IMG/VR virus record: IMGVR_UViG_3300012685_000001
Coordinates: 1-64,000 of that record
DNA length: 64,000 bases
Strand: one strand, 5' to 3'
From: a virus
The notes beneath the pieces are model-generated. The model was not told the DNA's origin and searched no databases. It saw only the letters and a program-made list of their open reading frames with translations. Of this stretch, positions 9,907 through 19,720 are shown in pieces. Made by a program: the position numbers and the translations under genes. How positions within the stretch are numbered: the first letter of the stretch is position 1; every line of letters begins with the position of its first letter.

Positions 9907-11433
9907 TTAGGTAGTTGAAGTTACAGTGACGATGATATTTCCAGCAGTAGGCAGCTCATAATTTCGCATAAGAATATCAGCAGCTCCTGATTGTGTGGCA
10001 TCGCTTCTGACGAATAGAGGAATAGTAACATACTGTACACCTGGAATAGTATACAGAGTTGAAAATACGGAACTTAAACTTACTCTTCCACCCAGAATTA
10101 CATTAGATGGTGCAAATAGATTTTGAATAGCTTGAACAGCCAGAATCTGAATAGATGTCGGATTGTATCTGGAGCTGCATCCAATAATGACTGGGCTTCC
10201 AGAGGAACCTACATTGATAGGAACCTGTGTAGCAGCAGTACATGTAACGCTGGTGCCTGCCAGGGATCTTTCCTGTAGATAGGCTGTTACAGTATCCAGC
10301 GTTGTCTGTGTGGGAATAGTATTTCCCTGACCTGTTATATACACTGTGATGTTCTTGTATGTATTGGCAATGGCCTTTGCCTGAGAAACAATAGGCAGAG
10401 ACATAGCAAGATTTCCATAATCAGCCAAAGTCACCGCACGCTGTTGAGTAGTAAAAGCAAGTGGAGCATTAGCTCTGATCTGATCAATTGTTTCTGCTTC
10501 TGTTCCACCACTTGTAGCACTGGAAGCAGAAATAGAAATACCTGTAATAGCTGAAGCAATATCAACAATAGAATTCGCTGATAAGTTTCCTATAGTTCCC
10601 CCACCTACACGATAATTCGCATAAATATTGAGACCAGCCGCTGGAATAGCGCCATTGATTCCGTCACCAAAATGCACGGTAACAACACCATGAGCATCTA
10701 CTGACTGAGACCAAGCGAGATCAGAAGAACCAGACTGCTGGAGAGACTGCACACTGTTCCAGGGATTAATTGGATCTTCACCACTGGTACTTCCAAAAGC
10801 AGGATTCTGTATATATACAGTAATAGAACCACTTACTACTGGATTACTGGATAATGTAAATGTCTGTAATTCGGAACCATCGGATGATCCAATAAGTTCT
10901 GTGGTAATAGCGTAAGGAGAAGCTGTTGAATTACCGATAGTGAATACGGCAGATCCCTGTGTTACTCCTTGAATAACCGGAACTGTTACTGTTCCACCTG
11001 ATGCTGGAACTGTTGAAGCAACAGTAGTTTCAAATACAATAGGTCCATTAATACTGGATACATAATTCGTTGTCACTGGTGTAGCAAGTGGAACTGCTAC
11101 TGCACTGGAAGTAATATCTGTTGTAAAAGTAACTGTTCCAGTAGCAGCCAGTGCTTGTCCTGGTGTATAACCAAGTAGAGCAGCTAGTTGAAGAACAGAA
11201 GAAAGCTGAGTAGCCGTACCAATGTATGCCTCAGAAACAATACGGTCTCCGTAGTAAGAAAGAACATCTAACTCTCGCGCAAGAGATTCCAAAAGCATAA
11301 CTTCAAGACTACCAGGATTCTGATTAGTCCATTCCGGAAAAGCTGTCGTAGCAAAATCCAGCATGGAATTAATAAAGCCTGTGTAGTCTTTACTTGTATA
11401 GTCGATAGCCTGAACACCATTAACCGTTGCCAT
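9907..11433 (-). CDS. Baseplate J / T4 gp6-like wedge protein
   Basis: IDYTSKDY..FPEWT..PG..YYGDR; FGDGING.IP; YRVGGG..GN; RAVTLADY motifs. Confidence 0.9.
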   Translation of the reverse strand: MATVNGVQAIDYTSKDYTGFINSMLDFATTAFPEWTNQNPGSLEVMLLESLARELDVLSYYGDRIVSEAYIGTATQLSSVLQLAALLGYTPGQALAATGTVTFTTDITSSAVAVPLATPVTTNYVSSINGPIVFETTVASTVPASGGTVTVPVIQGVTQGSAVFTIGNSTASPYAITTELIGSSDGSELQTFTLSSNPVVSGSITVYIQNPAFGSTSGEDPINPWNSVQSLQQSGSSDLAWSQSVDAHGVVTVHFGDGINGAIPAAGLNIYANYRVGGGTIGNLSANSIVDIASAITGISISASSATSGGTEAETIDQIRANAPLAFTTQQRAVTLADYGNLAMSLPIVSQAKAIANTYKNITVYITGQGNTIPTQTTLDTVTAYLQERSLAGTSVTCTAATQVPINVGSSGSPVIIGCSSRYNPTSIQILAVQAIQNLFAPSNVILGGRVSLSSVFSTLYTIPGVQYVTIPLFVRSDATQSGAADILMRNYELPTAGNIIVTVTSTT

Positions 11434-11839
11434 TCACAGTCACCTCTTTCACTGTTCCTCCTACTTCTACAGTTACTACATTGGCTACAGAACTTGCAGC
11501 AGCAGCCTGTAGGATTGGACGGTAATTTACATCAACAGCAGCTACACCATCATTGGCCTGATCTGTCTTGGGTAATACGGAAACAACTTCAATTCCTGGC
11601 TCATATATATTGAGCTGCTGTGTAACCATGTTGCCAAGTTCAGTAGAAATAAGATTATTATTGGGATCAAACAATAGTCTGGAAAGAGGCAGTCCCATCT
11701 CTGCGCGCATGGCTCTTTCGCCCACCTCTGTGGAGACTATGGCATCTATTCTCTGCGACACTTGTATATTTGTATCAGTCTCTACTGATACTGAACCGTT
11801 TTCTAAAACGGAAAAAGGAATGCTTATCTGTGTACCCAT
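11420..11839 (-). CDS. Baseplate wedge gp25/GPW-like protein
   Basis: T.VGERAMR.EMG..L..LLFDP and YEP.I motifs. Confidence 0.85.
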   Translation of the reverse strand: MGTQISIPFSVLENGSVSVETDTNIQVSQRIDAIVSTEVGERAMRAEMGLPLSRLLFDPNNNLISTELGNMVTQQLNIYEPGIEVVSVLPKTDQANDGVAAVDVNYRPILQAAAASSVANVVTVEVGGTVKEVTVNGNG

Positions 11840-11856
11840 ATATTTATTATCCCATA

Positions 11857-12666
11857 TTAAGAAAGATTACCCAGCGGAAATTTACCATTAATAAATACCT
11901 GAGTACCTGAGGCTACCGTAACTCCTGTCAAGGCTGTAGCTATATTTACAGAACCTGCTTCTGTAACTTGTGCCATAACAGCCTTAGGGGTTCCTGCGTC
12001 CAACACCCAAGCAGAAAGAAGATGACGTACTGCGGCATTGTGGTAAGCAGCCGGGAGATTGAATATAGTTCCACCAGTTCCTGACGAAATTGCTCCACCC
12101 ATAACCCACACATTATCCTCAGCATCTCGACGATATTGCATACCGCGATAGCCACTTGTTCCGTTCAATGTATTTGTGGATGACCAAGTTGATGTAAAAG
12201 TAGGGGTAATCCAAATCTCTGGAGTACCGATAAGATTACTGGAGAAGACAGAACCTGACACTGATACATCAGCAGCAGAAGTCCCATTGTTGTCGGTGAC
12301 CAGCAAGGTAGGGGTATTGAATGTACCTGAAGGCTGACTGTCATCTCCTGAGAGAGCCAGTACTCTTATAGGATCAGCATCATCTGCTGTAGCAAGAGAA
12401 GTCAGAGAGACAGAGCCATTGGGATGCGCCTCTGTAAAAGAACTGTTACTGAAATAAATAGGTTTTGTAAGGTCTCCGCCATTGAATGCGATCCATACAG
12501 TTGTACCTACAGTAGGTATCCTGTCTGCTGGATTGGCTGGCTCTGCTGCCCTGATTTCTGCCGTACCAGAGATCTGCGGGCACTTAACCTTGATCTTTCC
12601 TGAGTTAGTCGGATCTGCTACAGAAGTAACCAAGGCTCTGTACATTGCGTCATAACTAAGTTGCAT
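11857..12666 (-). CDS. Baseplate spike (gpV/Gp5 OB-fold) with C-terminal extension
   Basis: YRALV...DP..SGKIKV.CP..P.VG..VWIAF.GGD..KPIY OB-fold signature. Confidence 0.85.
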   Translation of the reverse strand: MQLSYDAMYRALVTSVADPTNSGKIKVKCPQISGTAEIRAAEPANPADRIPTVGTTVWIAFNGGDLTKPIYFSNSSFTEAHPNGSVSLTSLATADDADPIRVLALSGDDSQPSGTFNTPTLLVTDNNGTSAADVSVSGSVFSSNLIGTPEIWITPTFTSTWSSTNTLNGTSGYRGMQYRRDAEDNVWVMGGAISSGTGGTIFNLPAAYHNAAVRHLLSAWVLDAGTPKAVMAQVTEAGSVNIATALTGVTVASGTQVFINGKFPLGNLS

Positions 12667-13897
12667 AAACTGTTGCTCCTACATTTGAAGATCTCCATTT
12701 ACCACCAACGAGTTTAGCAGGAACTGTCTGAATAATATCCTGTGTCTGAGATAACGCTGTCGTATTGGCTGTATAGATCTGATCTCTCACCAATTCTGTG
12801 CAAGTGGTATATGTAGCATCATACTTTGTTCCGGACGGAGCTGGTTTCGTAAGGGTATGAACAGCACTTTGTACCAACCACAAACCTGCGTCATCGGCAG
12901 GAAGAGCGGAACCAATAAGATTTACCAAAGTATTAGGTCTTATACGTGCATCTCCTCGTAACTCACTGTCCGCAGTATTCCAATAAATATTTCTAAGGGA
13001 ATCAGCAGTTACTTTTTGGGATGCCTCATAATAAGATTCTGCTGGGTATTCCGTATAGTATTTTGTAATAGTTGAAGCAAGAGGAGTCGAATTTGTAGCG
13101 GAGACAGTAATATCTGAAAGAACAGTAGCTTGAGTAATAGCATTAGTCGTAGGATTTAATCCTACGACATTTCTATTTGCCACAATTCCACCGTCAGGAG
13201 TAATCGTTCCTACCACAGGAGAGAAAGATCTTACTGTGTCATAGAATCCTGGCTGATTATATGACCAGAACTGTGGAGTAGTTCTGATATTTCCTCTGTC
13301 CAAAATTTGTTTTGGATTGATGAAATACAAATCTGTATTATCTACATAAAATCTGAAACCAATTTCATCAGCCAGTTGGGCAAGAAATTTAAAATCACTT
13401 GCGTTCTGTAGACGATAGTCAATAGCTGATTGATAGGTATGGATTATTCCACGGAAGCCATTTTGTGCAGCTATATTTCCTGCGATAGTAGATGGACTTG
13501 TATGTTTCCATGAAGTGTTATTAGTAGATTGCATTACTTGAGAAGTACCTGTGATTGTATATTGCACAGTAGTCCATATCACATTGGCATTACCGGGATC
13601 AGTTCCAGTCTTGAGCAACTTGTACGAAGAAATATAACCTAGAAAAGGTGCTACATAATGAGGACTTTGACCATAACTAATCTGTACAGGAGTTTGTTCT
13701 TTCAGGTAACTCCACTTATACGCTGTTCCGATACCTGTAGTACCCACGCTTTTTCCCACGTAAACAACATCAAGAAAAGCAATTGGATGGGCGTTAGTAG
13801 TCTGTACGATCTTCAAACAAGGAGTGTACTGAGGTAGCACAGTAGTTCCATTTATTAGCACACTGAAATACGGAAGTGACGGAGAGGAATTAAGCAT
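12656..13897 (-). CDS. Baseplate hub (gpD/gp27-like)
   Basis: Q.ASDF.FL..LA...GF.FYV..TDLYF and GDARIRP motifs; synteny. Confidence 0.85.
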   Translation of the reverse strand: MLNSSPSLPYFSVLINGTTVLPQYTPCLKIVQTTNAHPIAFLDVVYVGKSVGTTGIGTAYKWSYLKEQTPVQISYGQSPHYVAPFLGYISSYKLLKTGTDPGNANVIWTTVQYTITGTSQVMQSTNNTSWKHTSPSTIAGNIAAQNGFRGIIHTYQSAIDYRLQNASDFKFLAQLADEIGFRFYVDNTDLYFINPKQILDRGNIRTTPQFWSYNQPGFYDTVRSFSPVVGTITPDGGIVANRNVVGLNPTTNAITQATVLSDITVSATNSTPLASTITKYYTEYPAESYYEASQKVTADSLRNIYWNTADSELRGDARIRPNTLVNLIGSALPADDAGLWLVQSAVHTLTKPAPSGTKYDATYTTCTELVRDQIYTANTTALSQTQDIIQTVPAKLVGGKWRSSNVGATVYAT

Positions 13898-14171
13898 TAG
13901 GTACTCGAATCTGTGTACCTGGAATTATATTGTTCCAGAACAGAATCTCAGGGTTGACATCAGCTATCCTCCACCACTGTGTTTCATCTCTATAAGCAGA
14001 ATAAGCAAGATAGTCAATCTGATCTCCTGTTTGCCATGTATAAATACTAATACTATAAGTAGCAGGGACAGTAGGAGGATTAATGAGAATAGTAGATCTT
14101 GTCACTCCTGCTTTATCTGCTAATGGAGTAACAATGTCATTAGCATATCTACTATAAATACTGATAGTCAT
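13890..14171 (-). CDS. LysM-like / tail X baseplate protein
   Basis: GD.ID.LAY..Y.D..QWW.IAD.NP..PG..IR.P. Confidence 0.85.
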   Translation of the reverse strand: MTISIYSRYANDIVTPLADKAGVTRSTILINPPTVPATYSISIYTWQTGDQIDYLAYSAYRDETQWWRIADVNPEILFWNNIIPGTQIRVPNA

Positions 14172-14180
14172 TTCTTCTCC

Positions 14181-14939
14181 TTAACTTGTGCTTCCAGAAA
14201 TCTTGGACAGAACAGTGAAACCGACATCTACCGCACAACGTACTGGAACCATCTTAGCTGTGAAATGCGTATAGGTAATTCCTACACTAGAAATATATCC
14301 AAAATACTCAAGTGCATTATCTGAATTATTTCCAAAATATAGGTAAGCAGGATTAAAGGTCATAGGACCCTGAACAACTTGAGTGGAACGTCCACCATTA
14401 CTATTACGAATTTCTGATGATGTCGTATCAAAAGTATTAATACCCAATAGATTATAAAAAGCTTCTACATCTACACGTACACCGTAATTTCCTGACAGAG
14501 TATTCAAATAAGCCTTATCCCACATCTCAAAAGTTCTGTCGAACAAAAGAGAAAAACTTATTGTAGTATTCAGGTTGGTTGCATAGCTTCCTGGGTCATC
14601 TGGATTTCTGGCATACGAAGGAAGAATTCCACTGTTTAGATCAAGTGATCTACTTTCTGAAATAGTAGAAGGATTATACAAAAAATTAATCTTGTACTGA
14701 ACATTTCCTTTGGCACCAGGAATAATTCCAGCACCCGCAGCTATCATTCCTCTGTGAAAACTTCCGGATCCTTGACTGAAATCATTGGCGCTGGCTGGTC
14801 TTGTTGATTTATTGGCACCACCCACATTCAATACATTGGGATGAAAAGGAGGATTCTGGAATACAGTTACCCCTGGTTTCCCTTTGATTACTGGATATGG
14901 TAATCCGGAGATAGGCTCTGATGGTAGTTTAGTCGCCAT
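14181..14939 (-). CDS. Tail tube initiator-like protein
   Basis: FLYNP.TI..SR, ISFSLLFDRT, GYI.SV..TYTHF...MVP.RC; lies between tape measure and LysM genes. Confidence 0.7.
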   Translation of the reverse strand: MATKLPSEPISGLPYPVIKGKPGVTVFQNPPFHPNVLNVGGANKSTRPASANDFSQGSGSFHRGMIAAGAGIIPGAKGNVQYKINFLYNPSTISESRSLDLNSGILPSYARNPDDPGSYATNLNTTISFSLLFDRTFEMWDKAYLNTLSGNYGVRVDVEAFYNLLGINTFDTTSSEIRNSNGGRSTQVVQGPMTFNPAYLYFGNNSDNALEYFGYISSVGITYTHFTAKMVPVRCAVDVGFTVLSKISGSTS

Positions 14940-17900
14940 TACTGTCCTGTCTGTAGATTCTTTAGACGTAGTTGTTCTGCAATTGCATCAGCAACCATCT
15001 TACCAGCTGCTCTCGCATCTTGAGCACTTCCACTATAAGTATTTGGCATATTCACATGAATATCACCAAATTGAATAGTACCGTTACTTCCTGTTCCCGC
15101 AGCCTTTTGAAGATTAGGATTGAAAGTATTGTTCAGAAGAGTCTGACGAATTGTTTCAGCCTGCTGAGCTGGAATAATCATCTCTCCCTTGTGAACAGTT
15201 GCGGGCTGATCCTTGTCGATATCCCAAGCTCCCTTGTCATACCAGTTATTACGCTGGTGGAATGACCAAGCCTTGGCAGGAGAGCCGTAACGATTTTCGA
15301 TGTAATCCATCATCCAACGAAGTTGAGTCCCACCATTTGTCTTCCAGTCACTACCAGCACTGGCATATTTTTCTTTTGGAAGAGCCTGAGCCAGACCATA
15401 GGCACCCGAAGAAGGATTAACCGCTGTTGGATTCCATCCCGCCTCAGACATTTCAAGAGCATTGAAGTCGTTCCATTGACTTGACCAGCCATGCTGCTTC
15501 AGAAGAGACTTGGCATAATTCTGCAAATCCTTGCGCTTATTACTCGAAGGAGACTTAGTAGAGGTAGATGTAGAAGTAGTGGCAGAACTTGAGGAAGAAG
15601 TCTGACTAGTCAGTCCAGTACTTCCAGCGGAGATCCCTCCACCAAGCGCTGACATAATTGCTTCTAATTCAGACGTTCCACCATAAACTCCTCCTATATC
15701 TCCTCCAGTATTACCAGCAGTATCCCCAAGAGTAGTAGCTGAATCTGTAGAAGAATTAGCAAGACTGTTCATATTACCGACTGATCCCAGAATTCTTCTG
15801 GCATTAGTGAATTCTCCTGGCTTGAAAGAACGGATACGAACATTAAGTCCTGTGCGAGGAGCTTCAATAATCTTTCCACCACCAATAGCCATAACAACAT
15901 GGTGCGCAGGATTACCATTGAACAGAAGATCTCCGGGCTGAACCTTGTCAGTATCCACAGGCTTACCAATCTTCTGCTGAGCAGAAGCAACGCGAGGAAT
16001 CTTTACACCAGCTTGTTTGAAAGCCCATTGGGTAAGACCGGAACAATCCCAGCCATTAGGACCAGTTCCACCCCAGACATAAGGGTCTCCCAATTGCTGC
16101 TCGGCATAACCGATTACCTGTGCAGCAGTAGCACCGCCATTAGTTCCTGTTGCTGTTCCAGAACCTCCTGATCCTCCACCACTTGTTGGAACAGCAGCTC
16201 CTCCGCCTATACCATCTGTAGCAGTAGTTCTGGAGGACCATTGCTTCTGAGATCTCTTCTCACTTCCAAAGGGATTAAGAAGACTCAACCAGGATTCATC
16301 GTTATCTCCAGTTAGTTTATCCTTTACTCTCTTGAGAGAACCACCAGCACGATAGGCATTGCCCAAAGGAGACAGCACATCATAATTAGCCAATGATTTA
16401 TGTGATGCCTGGCTATATCCCAAAGCACCGACACCAACCATGGCTCCAGCTCCAGCAGCATATGTTCCTGCACCCGCAGTCGCTCCGGCACTACCAAGAG
16501 AAGTAACGTTGTAAGCTCCTCCTGCTCCTCTTGTTGCATTGATCAAACCACCAGCACCACTAGCGCCACCTCTACCGAACAAACCTCCTAGAAGGCCGCC
16601 TGAGCCCCCAAAAAGACGAGAAGCACCATAGAGACCCACGCCTGCTCCTAGACCACTAGACATGCCTCCTAGGGCGTTAGAGACAGGTGCCAGAGTTCCA
16701 GCTCCCACACCAATTGCCTTGTCCAGGCCAGTTGCTTTCAAGAAGGCTGTAAGAGCTTCACTGAATTTACCTACAGCTTGTGTTGCCTTGTCGAAAGCAG
16801 GAGCAAGAGAATTAAGAATATCGTTCTGACGGGTAAGACGAGTAGCATTAAGATTTCTCTGGTTCTCAAACATGGAAGTACCCATACCAGTAGTTTTAGC
16901 CAACTGATTAATAGCTGACTTGTTTCCACCAGAAGCCTGACCCAATAGAGAATAGTATTTATTGGAGGACATTCCATTACTCTGTGCCGCAACCTGTCCT
17001 TGAAGAACATTACGGTATTCCTGAATGGTTCCACTGCTCCAGCCCATTTGCTGACCGAAGTACTGAAGATTCACATCAAGAGATCCACCCTGAGACAAAG
17101 CGGCATTCATCTGTTTATTGGAAACTGCCTGCTGACCAAAGGTACGAGTCATGATGGACTGAGCAATATTGCCCATGGAATTCTTTACTCCACCAGCAAG
17201 ATAAGGACTGGCAAGACCTAATCCAGGTGCCACCATTGCAGCTCTTGCCGAATAAGTCTGTTGAGCTGCAAGCGCTCCACCATAAGCACCTTGTGTCGGA
17301 TTGGCATAGGCGAAACCACCAGCCTGTCTCATTCCTGAAGCAAAAGCAGGATTGGCAGCACCATTGAATTGTGCAGAACCAAATGTATATTGATTTATAT
17401 ATCCAGACTTAGCTGCATCAGTAGCATTTAGAGCAGTGTAATTATTATTGAATACCGCAGCTCTGGCAACCTGATTGGCTCCCTGATAGTTACCATTACT
17501 GAATCCACCCATGGTTGCAGACTGAGTACCATAATAATCCATCTGCATATTGGAAGACATGTTCTTATTGGCATAAGAAACCAGAGAAGATGCCACACCC
17601 ATAACGGCACCACCAGCAGCGGACATTCTTGACATACCCATAAGGTTGCCGAAGTTTCCGCCTCCGCCATTAGGAGAAGATCTTCCTAAAGCACCTCCAG
17701 TAAATCTGCCACCACCACCGTTGGAAGCATAATTAGATCTGTTGGAAACAGTATTCCAATTGCTTCCGACATTGCTGGTACCGGAAACACGAGTAGCGGC
17801 CCCACTTACTTGTGAGCCGCTAGACATTCTGCCAACATTATTGGACAGTCTGTTTACTTGTGTTGTTAAAGAATCAACCGCCTGCTGTAAACCGTTAGTT

Positions 17901-17959
17901 CCAAGCAGACGGCTGGTTCCAATGCTTTGTCCTGAATTGGACGGAGTAGGGGTAGCCAC
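14939..17959 (-). CDS. Tape measure protein with NlpC/P60 peptidase and lytic transglycosylase domains
   Basis: 1006 aa, G/A-rich; PYVWGG..WDCSGL..QPGDLLF..HHV (NlpC/P60); E.GWNP.A.NP.SGAYGL.Q (SLT-like). Confidence 0.9.
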   Translation of the reverse strand: MATPTPSNSGQSIGTSRLLGTNGLQQAVDSLTTQVNRLSNNVGRMSSGSQVSGAATRVSGTSNVGSNWNTVSNRSNYASNGGGGRFTGGALGRSSPNGGGGNFGNLMGMSRMSAAGGAVMGVASSLVSYANKNMSSNMQMDYYGTQSATMGGFSNGNYQGANQVARAAVFNNNYTALNATDAAKSGYINQYTFGSAQFNGAANPAFASGMRQAGGFAYANPTQGAYGGALAAQQTYSARAAMVAPGLGLASPYLAGGVKNSMGNIAQSIMTRTFGQQAVSNKQMNAALSQGGSLDVNLQYFGQQMGWSSGTIQEYRNVLQGQVAAQSNGMSSNKYYSLLGQASGGNKSAINQLAKTTGMGTSMFENQRNLNATRLTRQNDILNSLAPAFDKATQAVGKFSEALTAFLKATGLDKAIGVGAGTLAPVSNALGGMSSGLGAGVGLYGASRLFGGSGGLLGGLFGRGGASGAGGLINATRGAGGAYNVTSLGSAGATAGAGTYAAGAGAMVGVGALGYSQASHKSLANYDVLSPLGNAYRAGGSLKRVKDKLTGDNDESWLSLLNPFGSEKRSQKQWSSRTTATDGIGGGAAVPTSGGGSGGSGTATGTNGGATAAQVIGYAEQQLGDPYVWGGTGPNGWDCSGLTQWAFKQAGVKIPRVASAQQKIGKPVDTDKVQPGDLLFNGNPAHHVVMAIGGGKIIEAPRTGLNVRIRSFKPGEFTNARRILGSVGNMNSLANSSTDSATTLGDTAGNTGGDIGGVYGGTSELEAIMSALGGGISAGSTGLTSQTSSSSSATTSTSTSTKSPSSNKRKDLQNYAKSLLKQHGWSSQWNDFNALEMSEAGWNPTAVNPSSGAYGLAQALPKEKYASAGSDWKTNGGTQLRWMMDYIENRYGSPAKAWSFHQRNNWYDKGAWDIDKDQPATVHKGEMIIPAQQAETIRQTLLNNTFNPNLQKAAGTGSNGTIQFGDIHVNMPNTYSGSAQDARAAGKMVADAIAEQLRLKNLQTGQ

Positions 17960-17998
17960 GTGTGATCTCCTAGGATAAGGTTGTTACCTTCAATTATA

Positions 17999-18238
17999 TT
18001 ACCTGTAAGGCACTCCACCGAAAGTAACGCCCTGTCCTACAGACCGCATATTGACTTGAGTTGAATTATTCTGTTGGTGCATTCTGTCGTATTCTTGCTC
18101 CAACTTATAAACATATCTCTTTATCCAGTGCTTTCGTTCTCTGTAGGTCAGTTTTCTTGACTCAGAAATCGGCCATTGAAAGGCATCTGTCAGTTGTTCG
18201 TATTCTGCGTACAACGATCTGTAATCAGAGTTCACGAA
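17999..18238 (-). CDS. Small tail assembly chaperone-like protein (start uncertain)
   Basis: LY.EY..L...F.W...E...L..RER..W pattern just upstream of the tape measure gene. Confidence 0.6.
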   Translation of the reverse strand, partial: FVNSDYRSLYAEYEQLTDAFQWPISESRKLTYRERKHWIKRYVYKLEQEYDRMHQQNNSTQVNMRSVGQGVTFGGVPYR

Positions 18239-19109
18239 ACAGGATACCCACATTCAGTGGGACAGGTACCTCTCCTTCACAGGAAGGACAAACAGCTCTG
18301 ACTTCATCGTATCTGGGACCAGGCTGCTTATTGAAAATAAATTCCTGCACAGTATTCCTGTCAGTCACACTCATTCTTTTTACATCGGCCAGACCATTGG
18401 ACATTACTTCTGCGCCATTTGATTCAATAAATGAGATAACACATTCAGCAAGAGTCAAAGAATTCATTTCAGGAATTGTCAAAGTGTTCTTGAATATGGC
18501 ATTCTGAACTGCTCCAGTCGGGAACTGTACCTTTGCCTTTCTGCCCTTACGTAGATCCACAAGGAACTCACGAGTCTCAGGATCAGCTAATTCTCTTACA
18601 GGAATATCTTTCAGATTCATAGTCAAGTCGCTGAGTTCACCACAGTTAGGACATTCTACTTCGAATACTTCGAATTCATCTCCAAAGGTGGCTCTTCTGA
18701 TTCCCAGAATCAGCATATCCAAATCTCCCTGAATAAGACTGTCAAGAATTTCAGGAGTAGCAGGCTTGTCACCAATAGCAACTGTTCCACATTGAAGTAG
18801 TGTACTGACGTACTTGGCAGCATTGTTGGATGTACGAGATTTGGCAAGTCTTTCTTCATGCTCACCATTGAGTTCCTGAACTTCAGCATCCTGTATCACT
18901 TGCTTACCGGAAACAAAACCAGCAGGAAGCTTCACATAAGTATCAGGTAAGTCATCAATGACAGGGACAGGATTCATGGATTGTAAGACCTTCTTCGTAA
19001 GCAAATTAAGGTCTTCTACATTTCCTGATGCTACCTGTCCCTCAATGTCATCAAAAGTCATTGAATATTGTGGTGCTTGGGGTTCCATACATTCTCCAAA
19101 TATTGTCAC
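18225..19109 (-). CDS. Tail/baseplate hub assembly chaperone (T4 gp26-like, two CxxC zinc motifs)
   Basis: GD...L.L.IR..TFG, CPNC and CPSC motifs; follows tail tube gene. Confidence 0.75.
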   Translation of the reverse strand: MTIFGECMEPQAPQYSMTFDDIEGQVASGNVEDLNLLTKKVLQSMNPVPVIDDLPDTYVKLPAGFVSGKQVIQDAEVQELNGEHEERLAKSRTSNNAAKYVSTLLQCGTVAIGDKPATPEILDSLIQGDLDMLILGIRRATFGDEFEVFEVECPNCGELSDLTMNLKDIPVRELADPETREFLVDLRKGRKAKVQFPTGAVQNAIFKNTLTIPEMNSLTLAECVISFIESNGAEVMSNGLADVKRMSVTDRNTVQEFIFNKQPGPRYDEVRAVCPSCEGEVPVPLNVGILFREL

Positions 19110-19133
19110 GAAAGATTAGTACTTTATTCTAGC

Positions 19134-19709
19134 TCAGAACGATACTCCGCTGAGACCAATCTTGCTGGCCAACTTGAAATCAAATCCCTCATGAGCAAGG
19201 GATAGCTGCTGCATGAACACAGCATTGGCTCCGGCATCTAGGTCAGAGAAAGCAATACTTGTAGGCCACGCGTTATATACACGGTAAATAGCCTTTACAG
19301 GAACAGTGGACGTAGTCACTGGGTGGTCCAGAACCATGATATCTACAGTCGCACGGAAGTCCTTACCTGGAGAACCTGTTCCAGTTCCCTGCATAACCGT
19401 AAAGAGTTCCTGCATCCATTGCCACATAGGGCCCGAACCTACAGCAACTCCCTGAGATAGGGTAATAGGGGCGAAGTCTGACTGGCCGGGCATCTTTTGG
19501 GTTGTTGTGTTCATTCCGCCCTCACGGTACGGAATCACCTCAGTCGTAATATTAAGACCTGAAACAGTCATAAAGCCAAGGGTTGCGAAACCCTTGATAC
19601 TAGGATGCATAATATTTACATTGAACTTAAAATTTCTTAATGGGTCAGTGGCAAGATGAGCAATAGAGGGAGTTGCCTTTGCCAGCGGCGCAACGTTTGT
19701 TGTAGCCAT
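19134..19709 (-). CDS. Tail tube protein (T4 gp19-like)
   Basis: DPLRNFKF, GF..VSGL, YREGG, KMPG, ITL..G, NAWP, L.HEG motifs. Confidence 0.92.
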   Translation of the reverse strand: MATTNVAPLAKATPSIAHLATDPLRNFKFNVNIMHPSIKGFATLGFMTVSGLNITTEVIPYREGGMNTTTQKMPGQSDFAPITLSQGVAVGSGPMWQWMQELFTVMQGTGTGSPGKDFRATVDIMVLDHPVTTSTVPVKAIYRVYNAWPTSIAFSDLDAGANAVFMQQLSLAHEGFDFKLASKIGLSGVSF

Positions 19710-19720
19710 TTAGTTACTCC

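Noticed and set aside
18225-18253. Programmed frameshift joining the two tail chaperone ORFs
   Set aside because: No canonical X-XXY-YYZ slippery heptamer at the overlap; an overlapping GTG start explains it equally well.
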